A stretch of 64,000 nucleotides of DNA from an uncultured Actinomycetes bacterium (GTDB taxonomy: Bacteria > Actinomycetota > Thermoleophilia > UBA2241), in NCBI GenBank assembly GCA_963767005.1, contig CAVYCN010000004.1, forward strand, positions 192,001 to 256,000, in the 5' to 3' direction. Under the pieces are notes generated by a model, which was given only the letters and a program-made list of their open reading frames with translations, had not been told where the DNA came from and made no database searches. Made by a program: the position numbers and the translations under genes. Positions 20,257-29,020 of the stretch are shown one piece after another. Position 1 is the stretch's first letter, and every line of letters starts with the position of its first letter.

Positions 20257-22077
20257 TCAGGCGCCGCCGGACCGCTCCGCCAGGCCGGCGACGGCCGCCG
20301 GGTCGCTCGTCGGCTCCAGACAGACGCCGGCGAGGCAGACGAAGGCTGCGGCGCCTCCTGATCCGACGGCGTAGCCCGCGCGTGCGATCGCTTCGGCGTC
20401 GGCGTCGGGGTCCAGCAGCTGGACCGAGCGCAGCGGCTCGGCGACGCGCAGGCCGGCGCGGAGCAGCGCGCCGGCCTGCGCGTCGCCGCGGCGGCCTACC
20501 ACGACGATGTGCACCGGGTGATGGGCGAGGCGCAGGGCGGCGAGCGCCCAAGGCGCGGCGAGGGGCCCCGCGCCGGCGGCCTCCGGCGCGTACGCGGCGA
20601 GGGCGGTGGCCGCGGCCTCACGGTAGGCGGGGACACCGCTGAACGCGGCGAGGCGCGTGAGGCCGTCGGCCATCTCGGCGCCGCCGTCGAGCACCGGCAG
20701 CGGTCCCCCGGCCGCCGGCCCCTCGCCCGCCGAGCGCGGCCGGTCGACGAAGCGGCCGGCGCCGTCGCGCAGGTGCTCGAGCGCCCAGTCGGCGAGCAGG
20801 CGGGCGCGGGCGAGGTAGGCGCGGTCGCCGGTGGCCTCGTGGGCGTCGAGGAGCGCGGCCGTCATATGAGCCTGATCGCCCAGCAGGCCGGCGACCGGCC
20901 CGCCGAGGTAGTGCACCATGGCGCGACGCCCGTGGCCCGCGTCCCACAGCAGGTCGACCGCCGCGAGCGCTTCATCGAGGAGGTCGGGGCGGTCGAGCAG
21001 GATCGCGGCTCGCGTAAGCGCCCGTGCCGCGAGGGCGTTGGCGTCGACGTATACGGTGCGGTCGACCCCCGGGCGCGGCTCGACGGCTCGTCCGGCCGCG
21101 TCCAGGACGGCGTAGCCCTCGTCGGCGTCCTCGCTGCCGAAGAAGACCGGCCGTCCCGGATCGCGCAGCACGGCGGCGAGGTAGGCGAGCGTGCCGCCGG
21201 CGACCTTGGCGTACGCGGGGCGACCGCTGAGCGCGAACGCGTCGAGGTAGGCGAGCGTCAGGCGAGCGTTGTCGTCGAGCAGCTTCTCGTAGTGCGGCGC
21301 CGTCCAGTCGCGTTGTGTGGCGTAGCGGTAGAAGCCCTGCTCGATGGGGTCGCGCAGCCCGTCGGCCACGGCGTCGAGGGAGTGCAGGGCCATCGCGACG
21401 AGGTCGCGGTCACCGCCCTGCCCGCCGGCGACGAGCAGCAGGCGCACGGCGTCGGGCTGAGGGAACTTGGGCGCCGTGCCGAAGCCGCCGCAGCGCGGGT
21501 CGTAGAGATCGGCGACAGTCCGGCAGACGGCGCCTGCACGCGCTCCGAGGTCGTCGTCGGTGGGCGGGGCGGCGGGCAGCGGCGCGGTCGCGCCGCTGCC
21601 CGCCGCCCCGCCGCCCCCGGTCTGGGCGGCGAGCTCGCCGCCGTGGTCGGCGTGGTAGGCGCGCACGCGGGAGAGGAGGTCGAGCAGCCGGTCGGGCGGC
21701 AGGTAGGTGGCGCCGGCCAGCACGTCGCCGGCCGGCGTGAGGAAGGCGATCGTGGGCCAGCCGCCCATGTTGTAGCGCCGGTTCAGGTCGGGGCGGCGAT
21801 CGTTGTCGATGCGCACGGCGACGAAGCCGTCGGCGATCGTCGCGATCACACGGGGGTCGGAGTAGCTCGTCTCGTCCAGGACGTGGCACCAGTGGCACCA
21901 GACCGCGGAGATCGACAGCAGGATGGGCTTGGCCTCGCGCTGCGCCTGCGCGAAGGCCGCCTCGTCCCACGGCCGCCAGGCGATCTCATGGGCGCGGTTG
22001 GGCCGCGGCGAGAAGCGCAGATCGCCGCTGGGGTCTGCATCGGCGCCGCGCGGGGCGCCTCGCTCTTCCGCAGTCAT
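20257..22077 (-). CDS. YyaL/SSP411-like thioredoxin-domain protein (DUF255)
   Basis: WCHWCH, RPDL, GGWP, GGFG.APKFP, PHYEKLLDDNA. Confidence 0.88.
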   Translation of the reverse strand: MTAEERGAPRGADADPSGDLRFSPRPNRAHEIAWRPWDEAAFAQAQREAKPILLSISAVWCHWCHVLDETSYSDPRVIATIADGFVAVRIDNDRRPDLNRRYNMGGWPTIAFLTPAGDVLAGATYLPPDRLLDLLSRVRAYHADHGGELAAQTGGGGAAGSGATAPLPAAPPTDDDLGARAGAVCRTVADLYDPRCGGFGTAPKFPQPDAVRLLLVAGGQGGDRDLVAMALHSLDAVADGLRDPIEQGFYRYATQRDWTAPHYEKLLDDNARLTLAYLDAFALSGRPAYAKVAGGTLAYLAAVLRDPGRPVFFGSEDADEGYAVLDAAGRAVEPRPGVDRTVYVDANALAARALTRAAILLDRPDLLDEALAAVDLLWDAGHGRRAMVHYLGGPVAGLLGDQAHMTAALLDAHEATGDRAYLARARLLADWALEHLRDGAGRFVDRPRSAGEGPAAGGPLPVLDGGAEMADGLTRLAAFSGVPAYREAAATALAAYAPEAAGAGPLAAPWALAALRLAHHPVHIVVVGRRGDAQAGALLRAGLRVAEPLRSVQLLDPDADAEAIARAGYAVGSGGAAAFVCLAGVCLEPTSDPAAVAGLAERSGGA

Positions 22078-22099
22078 GCGGGTGCTTGTACCCGCGATC

Positions 22100-22139
22100 G
22101 ACTTCGTCGTCGCCGCTCAGGCAGGCGTAACTACGTCGC
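22100..22139. repeat. Dispersed REP-like repeat, copy 1
   Basis: GACTTCGTCGTCGCCGCTCAGGCAGGCGTAACTACGTCGC, 38/40 identical to 34309-34348. Confidence 0.8.
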
Positions 22140-22224
22140 ACCAACGCGGGCGGCCTTTACGCGGGGGTCCGCCGGGTGTAAGACAGGGGTTCTCGTCGGT
22201 CGGGGGAGACCGGGAGGGGGGGAC

Positions 22225-22440
22225 ATGCTGCCACCAGACGCACGAAGGGTCGTCCGCGAGACGTTCAGAGACCGTCGCTATGTGGTGCGCGAGGAGCTCA
22301 TCGCGCGCGCCAGGACGCGATGTCTCGGCGATCGGGAGCTCGCCGTGTTCCACGACCTGCCCGAGGGCAGGCTCGACGAGATCGAGGTGCTGCGCTGCCT
22401 CATGGGCGCCGACCACCGGCGCGTGGTCGCCGGCATCTAG
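22225..22440 (+). CDS. Small hypothetical protein (71 aa)
   Basis: Strong G-rich RBS (GGGAGGGGGGGAC-ATG), GC3-biased codons, fills an intergenic gap. Confidence 0.6.
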   Translation: MLPPDARRVVRETFRDRRYVVREELIARARTRCLGDRELAVFHDLPEGRLDEIEVLRCLMGADHRRVVAGI

Positions 22441-22494
22441 CGCCGGCGGCCTGCGCCTTCGCGACGCGACCGCCGGCCCGACCGTGACGCGGCT

Positions 22495-23091
22495 CTAGGC
22501 GAAGTCGTCGGCCAGGCTGTAGCGCAGGCGTTGCACCTCGGTGCGCACCTCGCTCGTCGAATAGACCACGATATCGGTGAGCGGCGGCGCGTAGAGGTGC
22601 ACCGTGACGAGGCCGGCGTCCGCCCCGTTGCCGAGCTGATGGATCTCGCCGCGGTCCACGGCGGCGACGCCGGAGCCCGCGAGCACCTGCTCGTCGACCA
22701 GGTCGACCGGCCCGCGGGGCAGCTCCTCCGACTCGGCGCCGCCCGCGGCGGCGACGCCCGACCCGCCGTCGCGGCGGCGGAACACTCGGCTGGTGAGCTC
22801 GCCCGAGTAGACCCGGGTCACGTTCAGGCAGCCGGCGTGGTCATGAATGGTCGATGCCTGCCCGGGCTTCCAGCACAGCACGAGCAGCTCGAAGGCAGTG
22901 GTGCGGCAGACCAGGTTGCGGGCGTAGCGCTCGTCGCAGTAGCGCACGTGGGCGCCGATCAGCGCGTCGTCCAGGTCGAGACGCAGGGCGAGCGCGGCGA
23001 ACTCCGCCTGCGCCATGGTAGCCGTGTCCGCCCGGCTCGTCTCGAGGATGAACCGCTCGAAGGAGAGCGGCGTGCTGGCGTGAGCGGTCAT
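22495..23091 (-). CDS. Cysteine dioxygenase family (cupin)
   Basis: YARNLV, LCWKPGQ.STIHDH, third His in IHQL, VHLYAPP; GAGGAGG RBS. Confidence 0.88.
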   Translation of the reverse strand: MTAHASTPLSFERFILETSRADTATMAQAEFAALALRLDLDDALIGAHVRYCDERYARNLVCRTTAFELLVLCWKPGQASTIHDHAGCLNVTRVYSGELTSRVFRRRDGGSGVAAAGGAESEELPRGPVDLVDEQVLAGSGVAAVDRGEIHQLGNGADAGLVTVHLYAPPLTDIVVYSTSEVRTEVQRLRYSLADDFA

Positions 23092-23189
23092 CGGCGTCCT
23101 CCTCGCTGTCGCGTCGTCCCCGAGGCCGTCATCGTGCCCTGCTCGAGGGACCGACCGCAACGTTGGCGGTCGCCGGCGCCACGGCCCGC

Positions 23190-23564
23190 GCACGTCGAGC
23201 GCGACACCGGCATCGGCACCGTCCGCCTGCTCGATCGCGCCGGCGTCGACTTCGCCCACTTTGATGAGGAGGATCTCTGTTGCGCGACGCCCACGTCGGT
23301 CGCCGGCAAATGGGCGCAGTTGCCGAGAAGATCGCGGCGGGTGAGCTCGCCTTCCCTCAAAGCGGCAACGGGGGCGGCAAGAAGAGCGGCAAGATCGCGG
23401 CCGTGGCGGGCACCGCCGTCAAGCGACGGGCGATGATGCCCGGCATCATGGACAACCTCATGCCGCACATGGTGCGCGACGTAGTGCCGCTCGTCAGCCA
23501 GCCGCTCGTCGACTACCTGCAGGGCAGGGCGACCACCTCGGCGGCTGGCCTCCCGGCCTCGTAA
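23190..23564 (+). pseudogene. Remnant of a CCG-domain (GlpC/HdrD-like) Fe-S oxidoreductase with a Met/Pro-rich tail
   Basis: Fragment TVRLLDRAGVDFAHFDEEDLCCATP..VAGKW, then in another frame MMPGIMDNLMPHMVRDVVPLVSQPLVDYLQG*; no N-terminus. Confidence 0.55.
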
Positions 23565-23881
23565 GCCGCCTCCGCCCCGCGGTCGTGCTGGGCAGACGAC
23601 CGGCCTTCGCCTGCGGCCGCGCTGGACAGGTGGCTGCGCGACGGTTCTTGGCGGGGCCGGCGGTTCGTGGCAGGGACCGGCGGGCACAAAGGCGAACAAG
23701 AGAGCGCATTTCACCGCTGCATCAGGAAGCGACGAGGGGCGGGGCCGAACGGCCCCGCCCCTGCCACGCCGGCAGCCGACAGCGCTGCCGGACACACCCC
23801 GCGAACGGTCCGACCGACCGGGGACAAGACCCGGGTGGGGTCCCTTACGGCTAGCGGTTCACGACCCGAGGGAGGGCAGGA

Positions 23882-24025
23882 TCGACGACGAGCCTGTTCG
23901 CCAGCAACTCGCTGAGCCAGGGGCAGACGTTCAGCTTCACCTTTACCAAGAAGGGCACGTACTTCTACGAGTGCTCCATCCATAAGGTCCTGCCGGCCAT
24001 GCACGCGGAGATCGTCGTGAAGTGG
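23882..24025 (+). pseudogene. C-terminal fragment of a plastocyanin/cupredoxin
   Basis: SLFASNSLSQGQTFSFTFTKKGTYFYECSIHKVLPAMHAEIVVK with Cys/His/Met Cu ligands; in-frame TAG at 23852 and no start codon. Confidence 0.72.
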
Positions 24026-24029
24026 ACGC

Positions 24030-24110
24030 TTGACAGCGCGCGACCACCGGCTCTACAGTGAACGCCGTTCACCACAGTGGACGGCGTTCTCCCGTGAGAT
24101 CGGTGTTCAC
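24030..24110 (+). promoter_or_regulatory. sigma70 promoter TTGACA-18-TACAGT with TetR-type operators
   Basis: Perfect palindrome GTGAAC-GCC-GTTCAC at 24058-24072; degenerate copies at 24077-24091 and about 24094-24110. Confidence 0.7.
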
Positions 24111-24158
24111 TTCAGTCAGGATTCAGTGCCGCCAGCGGCGGTCGGACGGGAGGGCCGG

Positions 24159-24857
24159 GTGAGGTCGGAGCATCATCGCGCACGCAGGCTCCGGCGCCAC
24201 GAGGCGGCGGGCGACGCCGGCGCCGGCGTTGCCGCGCCCGACCACATCGTCGAGCGGCGTGCGCGCCGTCGCCGTGAGACGCGCGACGACATCCTGCTGG
24301 CGGCGCGCGAGGTGCTGCTCGAACGGGGCGCGGCCGACCTGTCGCTGCGCGAGATCGCGCGGCGCGCGGGCTTCTCGCCGGGCGCGCTCTACAAGTACTT
24401 CGACAGCAAGGACGACCTCGTGAAGGCGCTCGCCGACCGCGCCATGGCCGCGCTGCTCGACGCCCTCGCCCACGTGCGCGCCGAGCTGCCGCCCGACGAG
24501 CGCGCCGTCGAGATCGGCCTGGCCTACCTCGAGTTCGCCCGGCACAACCCCGAGGACGTGGCCGTAATCACCATGCACGAGTCGGTCGCCGTCGGGCCGC
24601 ACTCGCCCGAGCACGACGAGCTCGAGGAGACCGTCCTCGGCGTGTTCCGCCAGGGGGCGGCGGCGGGCCTGTTCGCCATGCCCACCCCCGACGACGCCGA
24701 GTACATGACCTACGGGGCCTGGGCGCTGGCGCTGGGGCTCGCCACGCTCGAGCAGCGCCAGCGCCCCACGACGGCGGCCCGGCTGCGCGCCCAGCAGGGG
24801 CGCCTGCTTCAGGCGTTCGTCAACGGACTCAAGAGCGAGCGGCCGTCCGCTCCCTGA
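24159..24857 (+). CDS. TetR/AcrR-family regulator
   Basis: ILLAAREVL..LSLREIARRAGFSPGALYKYFDSKDDL; GTG start downstream of the promoter. Confidence 0.9.
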   Translation: MRSEHHRARRLRRHEAAGDAGAGVAAPDHIVERRARRRRETRDDILLAAREVLLERGAADLSLREIARRAGFSPGALYKYFDSKDDLVKALADRAMAALLDALAHVRAELPPDERAVEIGLAYLEFARHNPEDVAVITMHESVAVGPHSPEHDELEETVLGVFRQGAAAGLFAMPTPDDAEYMTYGAWALALGLATLEQRQRPTTAARLRAQQGRLLQAFVNGLKSERPSAP

Positions 24858-24891
24858 GGGGAGCGCCGCGCCCCGCCCACACGGAGGGACC

Positions 24892-26472
24892 ATGACCGAC
24901 ACCGTCCGCCGCAGACAGCGACTCACCCTCGCGTGCATGTGCTTCGCGCTGTTCATGGCGATGCTGGACAGCACCGTCGTTAACCTCGCGCTCAAGACCA
25001 TCCAGCTCAAGATGGGCGCGACGTTCTCGGAGGTGCAGTGGATCGTCGATGCCTTCGTGCTCGCGCTGGCCAGCCTGCTGCTCACGGGCGGTACGCTGGG
25101 CGACCTCTACGGCCGCCGCCGGGTGTTCATCGCCGGCCTCGCGCTGTTCACCGGCGGGTCCGTCCTGTGCGCCCTGGCGCCCTCGACCTCGTTCCTGATC
25201 GCCGCGCGCGTGGTACAGGGGATCGGCGGCGCGCTCATGATGCCGAGCACTCTCTCGATCATCACGAACACGTTCCAGGAGCCGCGTGAGCGCGCCCGGG
25301 CGATCGGCACCTGGGCCGGCGTCTCGGGCCTCGCCCTCGCCATCGGCCCGCTGATCGGCGGCACTCTGGTCGACCGCTTCGACTGGCAGAGCATCTTCTG
25401 GATCAACGTGCCGATCGGCGCCGTCGCCCTGGTCATGGCGCTCCTGTTCGTGCCCGAGTCGTCGGACCGCGCCGGCCGCAGCCTCGACTTGCCGGGCCAG
25501 GTCACCGCCGTAATCGGCCTGGTCGCTCTGACCTATGCGTTCATCGAGGCCAACACCTACGGCTGGACCTCGGCCCGCATCCTGTCGTGCTTCGCCGCCG
25601 CCGCTCTCGCGCTCTCGCTGTTCGTCGTCGTCGAGTTGCGCGGCAGGACGCCGCTGCTGCAGCTCAAGTTCTTCCGCAGCGGCATCTTCAGCGGCGCCAA
25701 CCTGGTCGGCGTGATCCTGAGCTTCGGCTTCTTCGGCGTCATCTTCTTCCTGTCGCTGTTCATGCAGGAGGTGCAGGGCTACTCGCCGACGCAGGCCGGC
25801 GCCCTGCAGCTGCCGGCCACCCTGGGGGTAGCGACCGCGGCGATAGTGTCGGGGCGCATCGTGGGCCGCATCGGGGCGCGCCTGCCGATTACGATCGGCC
25901 TGCTCCTGACGGGCACCGGCCTGCTGTTCCTGACGACGGTGCAGGCCCACAGCGGCTACCTCTCGTTCTGGTACTGGCTGCTCGTCATGGGGGTCGGCTG
26001 CGGTCTGATCATGAGCCCGATGACGACGGCGATCATGGGCACGGTGCCGGCCGCCCGCGCCGGCATGGCGTCGGCGACCTCCAACACGATGCGCCAGATC
26101 GGCAGCGTGTTCGGCATCGCCGTGCTCGGCAACCTGGTGACGCGGCGCTTCATCGACGGCATCTCGTCGGCCCTGCGTCCACTCCATCTGCCGGCAGCGC
26201 TCCAGGCCGGTCTCATCAGTACGGCGAAAGAGGGCAGGATCGGCGGTACGGGGCACCTGCCGCCGGGGGTCGACGCGGCGGCTCTGCGGCGCACCGTCGG
26301 CGCCGCCTTCCAGAACGGCTTCACCTCGGGCATGCACCTGGCCCTGTGGGTGAGCGGCATCATGCTCCTGATCGCCGCGCCGATCGCACTCGCCACGATC
26401 CGCGGCACGGCGCCGCAGCACGTCGCCGTCAGGCAGGCGCAGCTCGCCGCCGAGCCAACCGAGGTCCGCTGA
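24892..26472 (+). CDS. DHA2 (EmrB/QacA) MFS efflux pump
   Basis: LDSTVVNLAL, GDLYGRRR, WQSIFWINVPIG, about 14 TM segments. Confidence 0.92.
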   Translation: MTDTVRRRQRLTLACMCFALFMAMLDSTVVNLALKTIQLKMGATFSEVQWIVDAFVLALASLLLTGGTLGDLYGRRRVFIAGLALFTGGSVLCALAPSTSFLIAARVVQGIGGALMMPSTLSIITNTFQEPRERARAIGTWAGVSGLALAIGPLIGGTLVDRFDWQSIFWINVPIGAVALVMALLFVPESSDRAGRSLDLPGQVTAVIGLVALTYAFIEANTYGWTSARILSCFAAAALALSLFVVVELRGRTPLLQLKFFRSGIFSGANLVGVILSFGFFGVIFFLSLFMQEVQGYSPTQAGALQLPATLGVATAAIVSGRIVGRIGARLPITIGLLLTGTGLLFLTTVQAHSGYLSFWYWLLVMGVGCGLIMSPMTTAIMGTVPAARAGMASATSNTMRQIGSVFGIAVLGNLVTRRFIDGISSALRPLHLPAALQAGLISTAKEGRIGGTGHLPPGVDAAALRRTVGAAFQNGFTSGMHLALWVSGIMLLIAAPIALATIRGTAPQHVAVRQAQLAAEPTEVR

Positions 26473-27080
26473 TGGCCGGGCCCGACGCGGCGGAGCGACC
26501 ACCGGAGTCACTCGCGCCCGGCGCCGAACCGGGCGGCGGGCGGCTCTGCTCGGCCGAGCACGCCGGATTCCTCGCGACGCCGCTGCGCCGGCTCGTCCAC
26601 GACCCGCGCCGCGTGCTGGCCGGCCTCGCCGGGCCCGGCGACACCGTGATCGACGTCGGCTGCGGACCGGGCTACTTCACCTTGCCGCTGGCCGAGATGG
26701 TGGGTCCCGCCGGCCGCGTGATCGCGGTCGACCTGCAGCCGGCGATGCTCGAGCGGGTCCGGCGGCGGGCCGTGCGGGCGGGTCTCGTCGACCGCATCGA
26801 GTTGTGCCCCTGCTCGGCCGGCGGGTTGGGCGAACTGCCGATCGCCGACGCCGTGCTCGCCTTCGCCGTGGTCCACGAGCTGCCCGACGTCGCCCGGTTC
26901 TGCTCCGAGGTGGCCGCGGCACTGCGTCCCGGCGGCCGCCTCCTGCTCGTCGAGCCGCGCGGCCACGTGTCGGTCGTCGCTTTCCAAGCGACCGTCGACC
27001 TGGCCGCGGCGGCCGGGTTGCGCCGGGTGGCCACGCCCCGGGTGAGGCTCAGCCGGGCGGCGCTGCTCGACCGCGCCTGA
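26472..27080 (+). CDS. Class I SAM-dependent methyltransferase
   Basis: VIDVGCGPG, AVDLQPAML, LRPGGRL; ATG overlaps the MFS stop. Confidence 0.87.
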   Translation: MAGPDAAERPPESLAPGAEPGGGRLCSAEHAGFLATPLRRLVHDPRRVLAGLAGPGDTVIDVGCGPGYFTLPLAEMVGPAGRVIAVDLQPAMLERVRRRAVRAGLVDRIELCPCSAGGLGELPIADAVLAFAVVHELPDVARFCSEVAAALRPGGRLLLVEPRGHVSVVAFQATVDLAAAAGLRRVATPRVRLSRAALLDRA

Positions 27081-27207
27081 GGCGCGCGCGGTCGCGCCGC
27101 CCGGCGCGGATGGGCGGCGTCGCCGGGCCGACGACGGCGTCCGCCCGCACGTTGTTCGGGCTGGGAGCGGCCGGGTACAACCCCCTCATGGATCCTGGCG
27201 GCGTGCC

Positions 27208-28155
27208 ATGAGCGCAGCGCTCAGCGACCGCGTCCTGGTGACCGGCGCCGCAGGCACCGTCGGTCGCGAGCTCGTCGGCATGCTCGTCGCGGCCGGCGCG
27301 CTCGTGCGGGCCGGCCACCATCGCCGTGACGACCTGGTCCCGGAAGAGGACCTCGAGGTCGATCGCGTGTTCCTCGACTTCGACGATCCCGACAGCCTGC
27401 GCGCGGCCATGCGCGACGTCGAGGTCGTCTACCTGCTCACGCCGCAGGTGCCCCAGATGGTGGCGCAGGTGCGAGCCGCCGCGGCGGCGGCCGGCGCCTG
27501 CGGCGTGCGGCGCATCGTGCGCCAGTCCATGGAGCCCGCCGCTACCGGGACCGACCGGCTCAGCCGCTGGCACCGCGAGGCCGAGGCGGTCATCGCCGCG
27601 TCGGGGCTCGCGACTACGACGCTGCGTCCCACCTCGTTCATGCAGAACTTCGTCACGATCTACGGGCCCTCGATCCGCGCCGACGACCGCTTTCACCTGC
27701 CGCTCGATCACGCCGCCCAGAGCAGCGTCGACGCCCGCGACGTGGCCGCCGCCGCGACCGCCGTGCTTATGGACGAGGTCGACGAGGCGGTCTACACGTT
27801 GACGGGGCCCGCCGCCCTCACCGGCGCGGAAATGGCGGTCGTGCTGAGCGGGGCAGCGGGTCGAGCCATCGCCTGGGTCGACGAACCGGAGGACGCCGGG
27901 CGGCCGCCGCGCGACGACATCGAGCGGGAGGTCGACCTCGCCCTGCGGGAGTTCGCCGGTGAGATGCGGTGCGGGCGGCTCGCCCTGGTCACGGGCGACG
28001 TCGAGCGGCTCACCGGCAGACCGGCCACCACGTTCGCGCAGTTCGCGTGCGACCACGCCTGGGCCTTCGCCCGGCGCGACCGGCAGGGCCGACCGCGGTC
28101 GGCCCTGCCGGTCGCGCCGGGCCACCGCCGGCGACGACACGAAAAGGACGGCTGA
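27208..28155 (+). CDS. NmrA/SDR-family NAD(P)-binding oxidoreductase
   Basis: VTGAAGTVG, LRPTSFMQN, VDARDVA; C-terminal tail encoded by a palindrome. Confidence 0.87.
   Translation: MSAALSDRVLVTGAAGTVGRELVGMLVAAGALVRAGHHRRDDLVPEEDLEVDRVFLDFDDPDSLRAAMRDVEVVYLLTPQVPQMVAQVRAAAAAAGACGVRRIVRQSMEPAATGTDRLSRWHREAEAVIAASGLATTTLRPTSFMQNFVTIYGPSIRADDRFHLPLDHAAQSSVDARDVAAAATAVLMDEVDEAVYTLTGPAALTGAEMAVVLSGAAGRAIAWVDEPEDAGRPPRDDIEREVDLALREFAGEMRCGRLALVTGDVERLTGRPATTFAQFACDHAWAFARRDRQGRPRSALPVAPGHRRRRHEKDG
28069..28122. repeat. Perfect 54-bp palindrome with no spacer
   Basis: GCCCGGCGCGACCGGCAGGGCCGACCG|CGGTCGGCCCTGCCGGTCGCGCCGGGC. Confidence 0.95.
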
Positions 28156-28156
28156 C

Positions 28157-29020
28157 ATGACGGAGCTCGCCAAGGCCGCCGGGACGATCCGGATCGGCGG
28201 CAACCTCAGCGTGACGCGTCTCGGCTTCGGCGCGATGCGCATCACCGGACCGGGGATCCTGGGTGACCCGCCCGATCGCGCCGAGGCGCGGCGCGTGCTG
28301 CGCCGCGCCGTCGGGCTCGGCATCGACTTCATCGACACCGCCGACAGCTACGGCCCGCGGGTGAGCGAGGAGCTGATCGCCGAGGCCCTCTACCCCTATC
28401 CAGCCGGCCTCGTGATCGCGACCAAGGGTGGCCTGCTGCGCCCGGGCGCGGGGGAATGGCCGCCCGACGGCCGCCCGGAGCACCTGCGGGCCGCCCTCGA
28501 GGGCAGCCTGCGTACGCTGCGCCTCGAGCGCATCGATCTCTACCAGCTCCATCGCCCCGACCCGCGCGTCCCCTACGAGGAGTCCGTCGGCGCGCTCGCC
28601 GAGCTGCAGCGCGAGGGCAAGATCCGGCACATCGGCGTGTCCAACGTCGGCCGCGACGAGCTGGAGCGCGCCCGGCGAGTGGCGACGATCGTGTCGGTAC
28701 AGAACCGCTACAACCCGCTCGAGCGGGGCGACGACGCGCTGATCGACCTCTGCGAGCGTGAGGGCATCGCGTACCTGCCGTGGGCACCGGTCGGACAGGG
28801 ACGGGTGGCCGACCGCGTGCTCGACGCGGTCGCCCGTCGCAACGGCGTCACGCCCTACCAGGTCGTGATCGCCTGGCTGCTGGCTCGCTCGCCGGCGGTG
28901 CTGCCGATCCCCGGTACCGGCTCGATCGCTCACCTCGAGCAGAACGTGGCCGCGGCGCGCGTGCGGCTCACCCCGACCGACGTGGCCGCGATCGACGACC
29001 TTGAGGCAAAGGCCGCCTAA
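28157..29020 (+). CDS. Aldo/keto reductase
   Basis: LGFGAMR, IDTADSYG, ATKGG, IDLYQLH, GVSN, PIPGT. Confidence 0.93.
   Translation: MTELAKAAGTIRIGGNLSVTRLGFGAMRITGPGILGDPPDRAEARRVLRRAVGLGIDFIDTADSYGPRVSEELIAEALYPYPAGLVIATKGGLLRPGAGEWPPDGRPEHLRAALEGSLRTLRLERIDLYQLHRPDPRVPYEESVGALAELQREGKIRHIGVSNVGRDELERARRVATIVSVQNRYNPLERGDDALIDLCEREGIAYLPWAPVGQGRVADRVLDAVARRNGVTPYQVVIAWLLARSPAVLPIPGTGSIAHLEQNVAAARVRLTPTDVAAIDDLEAKAA

Noticed and set aside
23565-23880. c-di-GMP or c-di-AMP riboswitch in the gap between the pseudogenes
   Set aside because: Only vague similarity; core conserved motifs could not be aligned and no intact downstream gene exists
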